Shown: one piece after another, positions 51,601 to 64,000 of the stretch
Position numbering within the stretch: the first letter of the stretch is position 1
Layout of the letters: every line of letters begins with the position of its first letter
Assembly: GCA_965645245.1 (NCBI GenBank)
Contig: OZ287080.1
Coordinates: 1,178,001-1,242,000, forward strand
DNA: 64,000 nt
Direction of reading: 5' to 3'
Origin: Massalongia carnosa
Taxonomy: Eukaryota
Notes under the pieces: generated by a model
The model's database searches: none
What the model was told of the DNA's origin: nothing
What the model saw: only the letters and a program-made list of their open reading frames with translations
Translations under genes and position numbers: made by a program

Positions 51601-53000
51601 CACAGCGGGTGTCAAAAGTTTATACCTAATGAGGGTAGGATTTTTAAGCGAAAACCCCCAATGTGCATGAAATTGTTTTTAGATTTCCTCCCCCAATCAA
51701 CCATGGCACCATCTACTCCACCACCACAGGCAAAAAATCCCCTAATGCTGATACCATCAGAAAAACCCGCTTTTTTCATGCTATTGATCATCGGCCGGAA
51801 AATGTCACCATCAAAGATGTCTGCGAGCAGGAGAGCATCAAGCTCGATCGAGGGAAATATTGGCTGAAGCAACGCCAGCGTCTTGAAGACGTCGCCTATC
51901 GACGACGTTCTCGTAGCGGTCGACCTAAAAAGGTGAGCACTCAGTTGATAAATCAGATGCTGAATCCACATACAAATGGCGTTCGCGATCAGCCGTACAC
52001 CGTACAATTGGAGCACTTTCATATAGATGCAACGCGACGTACACTGCAAAGAGCATTCAGTGCTCGCAAACCTCGTGCCGCTCGATTTAAAAAAGCGAAG
52101 GTGAAAACGCTCAGTCAGAAAAACGAGCGACTACGAGTTCTATATGGGAAAGAGCATGAAAATCATACTATTGAGAATTTCTGGCAGTACGTTCATTTCA
52201 CGGATGAGGCTCATTTCGACCCGGATCAAACGTAGCAAAAGCGAGTTCTTCGAGAGGAAGGCACTAGATACGAGTCAGAAAACATGCAAAAGATGCCGGA
52301 CATGAAGGGGATAAAACTGCATGTGGCCGCTTCTATTTCGTGGCATCATAAAGGGCCGCTGGCGTTTTACAATGACGAGCACGACGCGCCTGAAATTCAG
52401 GTTCACAAGCCCAGAAAACCACGCAAGTCCAAGTATGAAACGGAGCATGATCATCGTCGGCGAATAGCTGAATGGGAGACGTCTCTACCTCACGATTTAG
52501 AGATTAAATCAAAAGGCAATAGCATGACTCAAGCTTATTATACGGAGCGTCTGCTTCCCGGCTATATGACTGAAATTCATGAATGTCGTGTTTTTCATGA
52601 TCGATTTTGCATCTTTCAAGAAGATAAGGATCCTAGTCACGGCACACGATCTACAGACAATATCGTACGTAGATTCAAGGCAGCTAGCTGGATTGAAACG
52701 TTGAATCATCCTCCGCAATCCCCTGATCTCAATCCAACGGAAGGGGTATGGAATATTCTGAAACAGCGAGTTAGACGGCGACGGTGCAGCAATGTGAGAG
52801 AGTTAAAACGGGTGATTCTAGATGAATGGGACAAAATATCTACAGATGAAATTCGGGCCCGAATTAAGGAGATGCCTGATCGATGTAAGAGATTAATAGC
52901 GATGGAGGGCAAAGCAATAAAATCCGATCTATGGTAAATTCTGATGATTTTGGTGAGGGGCCCTGACCCCAATTAGGTAACAACTTTTGACACCCACGTG
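51601..53000 (+). mobile_element. Tc1/IS630-type DD38E element, copy 2 (nonsense mutation)
   Basis: About a dozen differences from copy 1; TAC>TAG at 52233-52235; lacks the 12-bp duplication found in copy 1. Confidence 0.95.
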
Positions 53001-53296
53001 ATCGTTTGATTAGCTCATCTTCTCTGTCGTTAGGTTCTTTCATACGAGAAGGCACTGCAATCGTCTAGTTGTCGATTTCTTTCAGTTTGATCTTGTGATG
53101 GTTTCGTTATTTCAAAGAATGTCTTGCCGTATTTCTGCAATGACATGAATGTTATGCAATGATTGTCTCGCATTCATGCGATCGTAACACTGAGTTTCGT
53201 TTTAAATCACAATGTGTATTCTGTTTACGAAGACTCCGACGACTTTGCTTGATAGCCATGAGGTTGATGAATGAAAGGTGATGATGATGGTACAAG

Positions 53297-53493
53297 TGTA
53301 ATAGGGGTGGTAATAAGTCACCTAAGTCACTGAGCCAAAAGGCTACTATGGTAGTTCTCCTATGGAGACACTACCGCTTATTACACTACATATAGGTGCC
53401 CCGCGCCCGGTACGTCACCGTACCTCCTTAGGCGCTTATGTATTGCGCCCGCTGGCTAGCAGTACTGAGTACTTACTCCGTACCGCTGTAACA
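53297..53493. mobile_element. Probable solo LTR
   Basis: TGT...ACA ends, imperfect flanking repeat ACAAG/ACGAA; removal restores TA|CGAAGGGTGAC, a mariner-like end. Confidence 0.5.
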
Positions 53494-53830
53494 ACGAAGG
53501 GTGACAAAAAAGACTGCACACACAAACTTTTCCCATCCTACCACGTCAAATATACTACTATCTACACGATAATTATTTGATCAAACACATACTCAATTGA
53601 ATTCGAAATACTTCATTCAATATCCAGTCATTCTACCTTCACCAGAAATAACTGCTCGGAGACGGTCAGGCATTGTAGCTACCTTCTCGATGATAAATCT
53701 CTGCGAACCATGGTTCCATCCCTCTAAAATCAACTTCTTAGTGGTCGCATCGTCCCAATCTGGTTTTGGAAACTGCCAGCAATTCTCAATGGGAGACAAA
53801 TCAGGAGACGGTTCATTGAACAGAGATGGA
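53494..53830 (-). mobile_element. Tc1/mariner 3' remnant
   Basis: PDLSPIENCW...MPDRLRAVISGEGRMTGY* followed by TIR-like CGAAGGGTGACAAAAAAGACTGCAC. Confidence 0.75.
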
Positions 53831-54428
53831 CTTTAAGGTTTAGTGCAGGCGGATGATCGTTGTGGTTAAACTACGAGCTTACCGAGTTGGGCTTAGTGTC
53901 CCTTTTCAGGAGTTATCCCTTTCGCTGTCATTCTAGCACACCCCCCCAAGCTAATCTATATTGGACTAGCTTCCGCACCGATGAGTCATCAGAACATTAG
54001 TTTTCTCTTGAGTGTTTGCGCGTTTGTTTACTTTTCAAAGAATACTATTCGGTCATTCAATCAAAATAAATCACATAAATTACTATTCTTCTAGCTTCGG
54101 AATTGATATTATAAGTATGACGCTCAAGGACCTGATTGGTGGAAGAAACTGGAACCGTTGGCTACTGATTTCCGAAAGACTTCATTGAAACATTGCAGAC
54201 CAGGAAGTATGATACCATCTATAGATGAACAGCTGGTGTTATTCAAGAGCCGTTCTCGACATACCTTGCAGATTACTACAAATAGTGCCCATAAAGGATT
54301 CAAAATCTACAGTCTTTGTCAGGATAATTATCTGTTGTCATTTATGTTTGCCTCGAAAAGTAGCAGAATAAGTGAATTGAAAACAGTCAGACAATTGGGA
54401 TTTTTGCCAAAAGATAAACTAACTCCTA

Positions 54429-56334
54429 TTCGTGCCCCACACTTTCGCTCGGTCGACTCGCTTAGTGCTAGCCAGCCATACAGCCAGGACCAGCCATACA
54501 GCCAAAATCTTCAAATTTCTACCCACCACCTTTGAAAAATTCATTATCCACCACCATCATGCCTGAATCTTATACTATAATTGAAAATCGTATTGCAAAG
54601 GCCATTGACGCCTTAAACTCACGCAAAAACGCCAAACTCAGTGCAATTGCGCGAGAATTTAATGTACCTAGAGGAAGACTTCGTTCTCGGGTCAAAGGGG
54701 TGTCATCTAAAACGAAAGTACGAGGACTGCATAATAGACGTCTAAAACCCGATCAGGAGTTGGCCCTACGTCTATATCTTTTGAAACTGGATTCTTTGGA
54801 CATTCCGGCTCGTCTGCATATGGTGGAAGTGGCTGCATACTCCATTCTTCGTCAAACGGCTTCCGATTCGACGCCTCCTCCTCCTCTCGGCTCGCATTGG
54901 ATCAAAAGATGGCTAAAACGTCAGTCAGATCTTTACAAGGTTAAACGTAAGCCTCTAGCTGCTGAGCGCAAAAATGCGCATGATTTGGAGTTATTGATGG
55001 GGCATTTTGAAAAATATCAAGAAGTAGTGAACAAGTATGGAATAAATCCGAAGGATCAGTGGAATTTTGATGAAACTGGGTTTCGTATTGGTATGGCACG
55101 AAGTGATTGGATAATCACAGCAGATTCTTCTCGACAATCATACAGTTCCGATCCATCAAATCGAGAATCGCTGACAGCGGTGGAGTGTATCAACGGGGAT
55201 GGTCAGGACATTCCCCCTTTTTTAATTGTGTCTGGCATCAACATCCTCGCTCCCTGGGTCAAAAACGATCTGAGCAATGATGTAGTCATTTCTACAGCTG
55301 AATCAGGCTGTACAAATGACTGGTTGAGTTTGCAATGGATCAAGCATTTCGACAAACACACTGAAAAAATAAGAGAGGGGGCTTGGAGACTTTTGATAAT
55401 GGACGGTTATGGATCTCATCATACTCGAGAATTTCTAGAATATTGTGAAACGAAAAACATCATTCCATTCGGATTACCATCTCACACCACACATTTCTTA
55501 CAACCATTGGATGTGTGTGTTTTTCAACCTCTGAAACACTGGCATTCGGAGGCCGTCAATGAAGCAATTCAGAATGGAGATCAAACCTTTTCCAAAGTCG
55601 AATTTCTGAATGCATTTAGCAAGTTTCGATCGCTGGCTTTTAAACCTTCCACCATACAGTCTGCTTGGAGAAAAACAGGCTTGATTCCGTTCAATCCAGG
55701 CATTGTTCTCGACAAAGTTCGAGAACTTCTTCCTCCCCCTCCTCGTGAGTCAACTCCGTCTCATACAGCCCCCCTATCTGTACAAGAAACCCCTCGAACC
55801 GTGCGACAGTTGGCCACAGTAGCCACAGAAATCATGACGCATTCAGCTTGCTCGGATGACCTCGTACAAATTGTTAGCAAATTTGTAAAGGGAGCTGTTG
55901 CCGAGGTTCGAAAAGGCGATCTTCTGGAACAACGCTGGGAACAACAAATCAAGGCCCAAACTGCTCGGAAAGCTCGTAAACGAGAGGCCAATAAGATTCT
56001 TCATCACGGAGGCGTACTTACTGTTGGTGAGGCCCGTTCAATGGTTCGTGGTAGGGAGGAGCAGGAGGAGATAAGGGAGAAAGAGCGAAACGTCGCATGG
56101 GAAAAGCGTTATTGTACGGCTCTTACCAAAGTGGTTAGGCAGTCAAAAGCGCATAGAAAGATGCTTATGACTAGAAGCATGAATAGTCACAAAAGATGGA
56201 TGATGATCATGAAGGAATTGCTGAAAAAAACCTCGATGTATGTAGGATAGTTGATTTTTGGCTGTATGGCTGGTCCTGGCTGTATGGCTGGCTAGCACTA
56301 AGCGAGTCGACCGAGCGAAAGTGTGGGGCACGAA
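54429..56334 (+). mobile_element. Fot1/pogo-type transposon, intact, inserted in piggyBac B
   Basis: Perfect ~78-bp TIRs TTCGTGCCCCACAC...; TA on both sides; removal restores piggyBac KLTPSALLV. Confidence 0.95.
54559..56250 (+). CDS. Fot1/pogo transposase
   Basis: Uninterrupted ORF; WNFDETGF, MDGYGSH, LQPLDVC. Confidence 0.95.
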   Translation: MPESYTIIENRIAKAIDALNSRKNAKLSAIAREFNVPRGRLRSRVKGVSSKTKVRGLHNRRLKPDQELALRLYLLKLDSLDIPARLHMVEVAAYSILRQTASDSTPPPPLGSHWIKRWLKRQSDLYKVKRKPLAAERKNAHDLELLMGHFEKYQEVVNKYGINPKDQWNFDETGFRIGMARSDWIITADSSRQSYSSDPSNRESLTAVECINGDGQDIPPFLIVSGINILAPWVKNDLSNDVVISTAESGCTNDWLSLQWIKHFDKHTEKIREGAWRLLIMDGYGSHHTREFLEYCETKNIIPFGLPSHTTHFLQPLDVCVFQPLKHWHSEAVNEAIQNGDQTFSKVEFLNAFSKFRSLAFKPSTIQSAWRKTGLIPFNPGIVLDKVRELLPPPPRESTPSHTAPLSVQETPRTVRQLATVATEIMTHSACSDDLVQIVSKFVKGAVAEVRKGDLLEQRWEQQIKAQTARKARKREANKILHHGGVLTVGEARSMVRGREEQEEIREKERNVAWEKRYCTALTKVVRQSKAHRKMLMTRSMNSHKRWMMIMKELLKKTSMYVG

Positions 56335-57509
56335 TAGTGCTTTGCTAGTGATTCAGTTATGTAAAGAACTTCCATCCGCACTGAATTATCATCTTTTCTG
56401 TGATAATTTTTTTACTAGTACGAAATTATTCAAGGCACTTCGATCAATCGGAATAGCTGCCAGTGGAACTGCTAAAAAGAGCTCGGGCTTTCCAGAAGAA
56501 TTGTTGGCCATACGGGACGTCACTTCAAAAGGAAAAGACTGGGGTCTTCAGGCCCATATGGTGGTCGACGATAAGGTGCTTTGTATGGGCTGGGTGGATA
56601 ATAATGGTGTGCAGTACATGACCACCGGTCATTCTCCTCAGGACTTGTACGAAATGCACTATATAAATCCGCACAAGAGATATAGAATTCCCGAGACCTC
56701 TCTTCAACCTATTGTACCGTATTTCCCATCAACTCTGGCTCACTCCATTCCCTTGCTCAATCAAGAGGTTCAACGGCCCTTAGGATTACCGATACCAGCC
56801 CCAATCAAAGAATATAATCTTCATATGGGGGGATCGGATGGAAACGCTCAGCAACGAGCGATTTACTCATACAATCGTCGAACGGATCGTTACTGATGGC
56901 CTTTGTTCATTTTTATTTTAGATGCAGCCGGATTGAATGCCTATAAACTTTACTCGCTGAACTCTTTCGATTCCGAGGAGATAAAATTTACTCGTTCTGA
57001 ATTTCTTCGTCGGATTGCTCTTGAACTGATATCAAATCAAGCGGGCATCAGGCCCGGCTCATCAAAGATAAGCATCAATACCGCGATTGATGCTTTAGTA
57101 CCATCTCCCATTCATCATTACGTTCGTCTTGAAGGCAGAAGAAGATGTGTGCAATGTAACGCCGAGAAAAACGACCTTCAAAGCGGAAGGGAGAGCCACT
57201 GGCTGAAATAAGTGTCGATGGGCGAAAAAGAAGGCGAAGGGGTGCTCAGACTATATGGGCTTGTGGAGGATGCAATCAAATCAGGCCCTGCTGTAAGAAA
57301 GCCAGCTGTTGGGAAGCTATTCATATGAGAGGGGACGAGTAAATAGGTATCTGATACTCCGTACATATGAATATGAACTTCTTGTGAATAGGAATAACAT
57401 TGATTGGTCAAAATTTTAAGGTTTAGCACTTTCTAACCAACAATGGTTTAGCTTGGGGGGGGGGGGTGCTAGAATGACAGCGAGAAGGATAGGAAATCTC
57501 TGCGAGCAG

Positions 57510-57736
57510 CACGCTAGTGACAAAATTAAATTTACACCGAAACTCTTTCCTCACCAAAATCACCGGATTTTCTATCTTTTAGTTAATTTCATGGTTTTTG
57601 AACTTCAATAACTAAATCAATAATCTGCCATTCTGCCTTCATAATCAATCACTACTTGCAAACTTTTAGGCATTAAATCACGATGATTTTGGTGGGGGGG
57701 AAATTTTGGTGTAAATTTAATTTTGTCACCTGCGTG
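57510..57736. mobile_element. Tc1-derived MITE / deletion derivative
   Basis: ~55-bp TIRs CACGC..GTGACAAAATTAAATTTACACC / GGTGTAAATTTAATTTTGTCACCTGCGTG enclosing the transposase C-terminus MPKSLQVVIDYEGRMADY*. Confidence 0.8.
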
Positions 57737-58005
57737 CCAAGGTCCCTCGAAACGTGCAGTCGGATATGCAATCACCTCTCTGCTATCCAATGCCTTTGAT
57801 GGGTAACCCCACAAATGCCTCACCGTATCTACATAGAGTGCTCTGTATCGGCGCAAAATGAGATCCCGCGTGCAGCTGCATTCGTTCTGCTTATCGGCCG
57901 TTGCTGCAGCGAACAGGTCTGGCTACATATATGGAGTCTGCGGTGTCGTATTGCGTATTTCGTGTTTCGTGATTGATCAATTCCTCCCTGATTGAGAAAC
58001 TGTTC

Positions 58006-60289
58006 ATGATGTTTTTACGAGAGAAGACTTCGCCAAACGCAAAGGGCCATACCCCTGAAGCAGACCTGGCCAGCAAAGATGATGTGGCTGTCCTTGGTAT
58101 CTTCATTGTCCCTCACCAGATTATCTGATTCCAGGCTGACCTGATGGCGCAGCGAGATTTGGATACAAGCAAGAGCTTCGGCGAAATTTTAAGATGATCG
58201 AGATTTTTGGAATTGCGTTCAGTATCATGGGTCTTTTGCCATCTCTTGCCTCGACGCTTTTATACTCGATTCCTGCAGGTCCCGCAGGCATGGTGTGGGT
58301 TAGTCAACGGCGCCGAGAACCGCCTATGTATAATAAATATTAGGACTCATATGTCAATAGGGATGGTTCTTGGCATCGGGACTGATATTCGTTGTTGGGT
58401 TGGCAATGGTAATACTTTGCGTGAGACATGGATGATCTCGTTAGGGCTGAAATATACAGGCTGATCTCGGCTCCGCCATGCCGACTTCAGGAGGTCTTTA
58501 CTGGTGGACGCACTTCTTCTCTTCCCCAGCTTCTCGCAATCCTCTCAGCTTCCTAGTTGGGTACAGCAATACAATAGGGCTTATTGGCGGATTTTGTTCT
58601 GTAGATTGTACGTCTCCTTTGGTGTGCAGCGGATTGCTCTTTGCCCGCAATGAATGCCTATTGGTGTTTTGGACTGCTCCTGTTTTTGCCTTGGACGCAA
58701 AAGCAATAAAGGGTTTTGTTCCCATTTCAATACCGATAGCTAATGACAACAGATGGATTCTCCTTGATGCTTCTTTCTATCGTTGTCATCGCCCGCGACG
58801 GAAGTTGGGCACCTACCAATGGTGCCATCTATGGAACCTTTTTCGCCTGCATTTTCTGCCATGGTATACTGGCTTCGGTCACGTCCAGGGTCATGGGTAA
58901 ACTTCAAACTATGTTTGTAGTCATAAATTTCGTTCTCATCGCCGCTACGACCATTGCTCTCCCAATCGGTGCACGCAACCGAAGAAATGATGGCCATTAC
59001 ATTTTCACCCAGACTGCAAATTTAACGACATGGCCAATCGGCTGGGCGTTCATGCTGAGCTGGTTGAGCCCCATCTGGACGATTGGGGCGTTCGACAGCT
59101 GTGTTCACATGAGTGAAGAAGCCACAAATGCTACCAAAGCCGTACCATTCGGTATTATAATGTCTGTCGGTTGTGGCTGGTTCTTTGGCTTTATACTTGT
59201 AGTCGTCATTGCAGCATGCATGAGCCAAGATTTGGATTCCATTCTAAAATCGCCTTTCGGTCAGCCCATGGCACAGGTACTCGATACTTTCCCTTCATCT
59301 TTAACCACCTCTCCCAACATCTAACAATAGTTCAAAGATCTACTACGACGCCCTTGGCAAAAACGGCGCCCTAGTGTTTATGTCCCTGCTCCTCATCGCA
59401 CAGTTCCTTATGGGCCTGAGCACCCTCGTCTCCACCAGCCGCCAAACCTGGGCCTTCAGCCGTGATGGCGCCCTCCCCTTCTCCACCTTCTTCCGCCCCA
59501 TTTCCCGCACCTTCGGCTACATCCCCCTCCGCGCCATCTGGGGCTGCATCGGTTTGGCCGCAGTGCTGGGGTTGCTGACACTCATTGCGCCGGCGGCCGC
59601 GCAGGCGCTTTTCAGCCTCGCGATCGCGGGCAATAATCTGGCGTGGGGGACTGCGATTTTCGCAAGGGTGGCATGGGGGCAAGAGAAATTTAAGCCGGGG
59701 CCGTTTTACACAGGCGATCGTTTTTCAGTCCCGATCGCATGGGTTGCAGTAGCTTTTCTGGTTTTTGGCATTATGCTGTCCTTCTTCCCGGTTGAGGGAC
59801 CTAATCCAACTCGTAAGCGCGGATTTCTTCTCTTAGCCGTCGTCTCAAGCATTTCCCCCCCCGTTATCCTGTTTTCAACGTCTACAACGCTAACATTAAT
59901 CCCGGCTCTTCGCCCCCAATAAAGCCCAATCCATGAACTACACCATCGTCATCAACTGTTCCGTCTGGGGCGGCGCGTTGGCATATTACTACCTCAACGC
60001 ACGCAAATGGTTTACCGGTGGGTCAACCCCCTTTTTCTCGCTTTTCCGCCCCTCTCCCTTTTCATCCGACTTCTCTCTCCAGCAGACATCGAGAAGACAA
60101 AGAGAACTCTCCAAATAAATAAATAATAATAACTAACTGGGGGAATCGACCGGGGATTTTGCAGGCCCGAAAATCACCCTCCAAATAGACGATCTCTCCC
60201 CCGCGCAACACAAGGCGATTATGTCTGAAGGGCTTGAAATCAGGGACTTGGGTCATGGTGGTACGAGGGCCGATGCAGGCGAGATGTGA
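58006..60289 (+). CDS. APC-family amino acid / GABA permease, multi-exon
   Basis: GYKQELRRNF, AMPTSGGLYWW, WTIGAFDSCVHMSEEA, SRQTWAFSRDGALPFS, MNYT...ARKWFTGP. Confidence 0.92.
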
Positions 60290-61305
60290 GATTGATTGTT
60301 TTTGGAAGGGGGGGGGAGGAAGCTGATTGCAAGAACCGAAGTTGTACGGGGAGTTTTGGAAGGAAATTGGTAACTTGGTAAGCTGAGTGAGCTCGGACAG
60401 GTTAGACAAGATATTGTAGGAAAGTTTGCAGGCAGGTCAAACGAAATTTGCTTTTTTCCAATCCCCCAAACCTTAAAGGCAATACACATACATGCGTACA
60501 TATGTAAACTCCCTCCCTCGATCCATCTACTAACAACCCCCCGCTCCTCTCCTATCCGTTCGTTGCTATCCGCTGTTGTATCATCATAGTTAACATTCAT
60601 GTTGTTGAGATTTTTCTTTTTTTTCTTCCTTTCCACTCATGCTTATTTGTTTATATGTCTCAAGCTTTTGCCCCAATGTTTCGCTATTTTTTTTTTATTC
60701 ATTTTCTGCTTTTCTTATATTTCTTCTGATCGATCAGATTGATCTGTTTTACGTATCTATCTATCTGTCTACCTACTTTTCTTTTTTAAATCGAATTCTT
60801 CCTTCTCTTCTTCCCCCATTCTCTTTCATCCAACCGTCCATTTCCTCCCCCCTTCTTCATTCATTTACGCATTTCCCCTCTCCCCCTGAAGAAGGTTTTT
60901 TTCTGGTCGATTAATGGTGGGTGAATGGATGGAGAGCGAGGAAGGAGAGAAAGGTAAAAGGGGGGGGGGGGGGGGGGGTAAATGAGAGTAGGGAAGGGAA
61001 AGAAAGAAAGAACGAATGAGTGAGTGAGAGGAAGAGAGGCGCAAGGAAAAGGAAGAAAGAGAGAGGAAGATCGATATAGTAGAGTAGATCAAATCAGAAT
61101 TAAGAGAGTATACTAGAGCAGGAAAACATATAGGCGAGTCGAGGGGTTGGGCTAAGGGTAGTTCGGCTGGATTGGCTGGGTGGTATTGGGTATTGGGTGG
61201 ATAAACAGCAGGGTATTTTTCTACCAAACTACCTAGGGACACAGTAGGTAATCATAACCTTCGGCGTACCTATGTACATAACACCACTATTCACCCCCCT
61301 CGTCT

Positions 61306-63716
61306 CTAAACCCCCTTGTTACCCCTCTTCCCGCCCCTCTTCCCGCGCTCGATATGCTGCTTCAACACCCGTCCCCTCTCCACTAAACTCCGGCGCTGCT
61401 TCCCCTTGGCCTTCCCCAGCGTCATGAGGAAATTCTTCTTGCGGGCCTTTTCGCGGTTCGTGGAGCTCTTCCCCTCGCGCGCCTTCTGCTCCTGACGCCG
61501 CGCTTGCGTGCTCTGGTGCCCGGCGCGGGGGGTCTTGCCGTCCCGCGCAAGGGCAAGCTTGTCGGCTTTGGAGGCGCGTTTGCTGAGGAGGGCGGGCGCG
61601 GAGATGGAGTCTGCCGTAAGGGGATCGTCGGTGTGGGGGCGTGGCTGGGGTGGGGGACGGTTTTTTTTGGCAGAGGGGAGGTGGCTGGAGAGGGAGGCGG
61701 CGAGGCGGAGTTCAGCAAGTTTGGCGTGGTCGGCTGGGGTGAGAATGCGGGTTTGGGCAAGGGTGGATGGAGGGGGGGGGTTGACGGAATTTTCGGTTCC
61801 TAGAGTGGGGTTTTGGGTGGAGTTGGGAGATGGGTTAGGTTTGGGTTTTTTGGCGCTTGGCTGGTCATCGTCGGAGTCAGTGATGTTGATCTCGTCATCA
61901 CTAGCAACGTTTATCCATCCGCCTGTGTCGTCTGTGTCGCTTTCATCGACCTCCCAATCCCCTGCGTCTTCCTCATCCCCAACATCTTCTTCCCCAGAAG
62001 CCACTTCAGTCGGTAGACCCATTTCCAGCCTTTTCCGTTGACGTTCCTCCTCCTTCCATTTCTCCAACAACTCGAGCCCTTCGATCTCACCGGCAATCTC
62101 CTCGCCAAACCTTTGCTCCTTTCGTTCTCCACTTCTCAGCCCTAACACCGCTGCTTTTCCCCTATCTCGCTTCTTTAGCATATCCGCTCCAACCTCGCGG
62201 TAGAGCCCCAAGAGCCCTTTCGCTGCCATCATCACACCTTTGTCCTTGCTCTTGCGATACATGACGAGATCTTGCAGCAGGGTATCGTTCATGGCTAGCG
62301 GCTGCCGAACGCAGATCTCCCGGATTGCATTTAACCCAGCCGATGCAACCTCGGCCGCTGCAGCTTCAGAAACAAACTCGTTTGCAATTTTTTGAACCAG
62401 GGGCTCGAGGACATCCGGGGGAACGAGTGAATGGGTAGCTTGAGCAAGTGACGCCAGAAATGACGTGACGAATGGTTGGCGAGGAGTAAGGTACTTGAGG
62501 AAGTATGAATAAAAGCTTAGAACAGTGAGTTTATGTAACCCAATCAGTCTTGATACTAGCTGCAGAACTAGAAGCTTCTGCTCAAGATTGAGCTTTGACT
62601 TCGTGTTCTGAAGATGTTTCGAGAACAGCGTTTCAGCAAAGCCTTGCGGATCATGCAATAAATGGAACGCGGAGAAGTTAAGCGGATGAGGCTGCTTCTT
62701 CTTGCGCTCCTTCTTCTTGATTGTGGCTATCGCATTTTCCATGACTCTTGCTTTTTTCTTCGTCTTTTTGTTGATGCCCATTTGATGCTTCAATTTGCCC
62801 ATGTCTACTGCTTCTTCATCACTACTTTCATCCTCTAATTCTTCCCTCTCTTTGTCCCCACCAAGAAAGAAACGCACCCCGCCCACGACGACCTTTACGT
62901 TGTCGGCCAAACTGGCTTCCTTCATGATCTCCACGGCTTTGGAGTCGGTCCAAATTTGACGTTTCCATAATTCCCTGGTAATCTTCACAGCCCACAGAGC
63001 TTTTGGAGACGTTGGATCGGTGCTAACGAGGGTATAGAGCACCGTTTGTATGGTGCGATTGAGCGGGTGGTTTGTTGCATGAGAATTGGAGGTCCGAAGG
63101 TCAGAAAGTATTTTTTGAAAGAGGAGCGTTCGCAATGTTTTGCTTGGGGTTGATATAAGAATAGGGAAGAGCGTATGCAGAAGTCTGTGCGAATGTCAAT
63201 TGGGTAAACCGCTCGTGATTACTGTCTGCAAAATGCTCCCGTACGTAGAGGAATCGATTACTTCTTTCCTCCGAAGTAACACCAGACTGCCCACAATCTT
63301 CTCCCTCAGTTCTGACTCGAGCTCTGCATGATACAGATTCAAGACATTCCTGAGCTCTTCTGGAAAGCGTGCGGTATCGCCCGGGTAGCAGTCGGCGACG
63401 TGAGAGACGAAATCAATGAGATCGCGAAAGGAGATGATTCCAGCATCGGTAGAGGAAGACGGCGCCTTTAGAAATATATCCCGCTGGGTTTCATATTGGC
63501 TATACTGTCTCAAGAAGTCGGCCTTGTAAGAACTGGTTGGCTGTTAAAAGAGGACGGATTCGATATTGGGTGCGACCGTACATTGGATCTCGCTTGATTT
63601 TATATTGAAGATTTGATCTACAAACGATCAGCATTGTTGTGCTGTTGTTGGAAGTCTACTACAAGCACATACAGATCTGCGTCTAATTTCTCGAGGGCAC
63701 CGACCTTCCTCTTCAT
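61306..63716 (-). CDS. SDA1: Sda1 (60S ribosome biogenesis)
   Basis: MKRKVGALEK start, HPLNFSAFHLLHDPQGFAE, KIANEFVSE, KSSTNREKARKKNFLMTL; 5' introns. Confidence 0.95.
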
Positions 63717-64000
63717 GATGGTGTATTTATATTAACGTGAAGTGCGAGCTAACTTATCTCGTGTAAAATCATCGAGTGTTTTTACTCTGTAGATTTTAAA
63801 TGTTGTGGGTGTTGTCCGCGCCACAGCCTGGCATGATTCTGCCACCGCTAATTTATAAAGCTAGTTACATAACTAGTTAGTTTACTCAAGCCACAAATCA
63901 AGACTCACCTGGCTACCACGTGACTCTCTAGTTGTCATCATCCCAGGTACCCCCGTTCACCTCCCTAGTTTCACGGGTAGCACTTACAAGCTTGCTCGCT

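Larger units (their letters stand above)
53917..57488 (+). mobile_element. piggyBac-transposase element (copy B, divergent family), 5'-deleted and split by pogo
   Basis: TIRs CCCTTTCGCTGTCATTCTAGCAC/GTGCTAGAATGACAGCGAGAAGG; SIDEQL, FCDNFF, MGGSDG; TGA at 56894-56896. Confidence 0.88.

Noticed and set aside
60600..61250. Strong purine/pyrimidine tracts and poly-G
   Set aside because: Low-complexity sequence between convergent genes.
61422..62132. Long alternative-frame ORFs over SDA1, and similar ones over the GMC and AAA genes
   Set aside because: Shadow ORFs of GC-rich coding sequence.

Overview
Intron-containing genomic DNA from a filamentous ascomycete (Pezizomycotina; a lichen-forming lineage is plausible but cannot be shown here). 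About 40% of the window is DNA transposons. At 1-10.1 kb is a deep nest: a hAT element with an otherwise intact transposase is split by a decayed non-canonical Helitron, which itself carries a solo LTR and a Tc1 element. A DUF6589/Academ-like element appears to sit in the hAT 5' region. At 13.9-20.9 kb are closely spaced Fot1/pogo, MULE and piggyBac elements. Two near-identical Tc1-type DD38E copies lie at 31.3 and 51.6 kb, and a second piggyBac split by an intact pogo element lies at 53.9-57.5 kb. Host genes are a secreted 5'-nucleotidase-like phosphoesterase, a GMC oxidoreductase, a purine-cytosine permease with one in-frame TAG, an AAA ATPase, prefoldin 4, an APC amino acid permease, SDA1, a Mid2-like membrane protein, three hydrophobin-pattern secreted proteins (one a pseudogene) and an MFS pseudogene. 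The most unusual signals are (i) Tc1-type elements with CAC...GTG ends and no TA duplication, whose transposase frame has no N-terminal ATG and joins a strong-context ATG through a conserved A_AAA_AAT -1 slippery site; (ii) two piggyBac elements without TTAA target sites; and (iii) a dead Helitron inside a pristine hAT ORF. All family assignments come from motif recognition by eye, not database searches.
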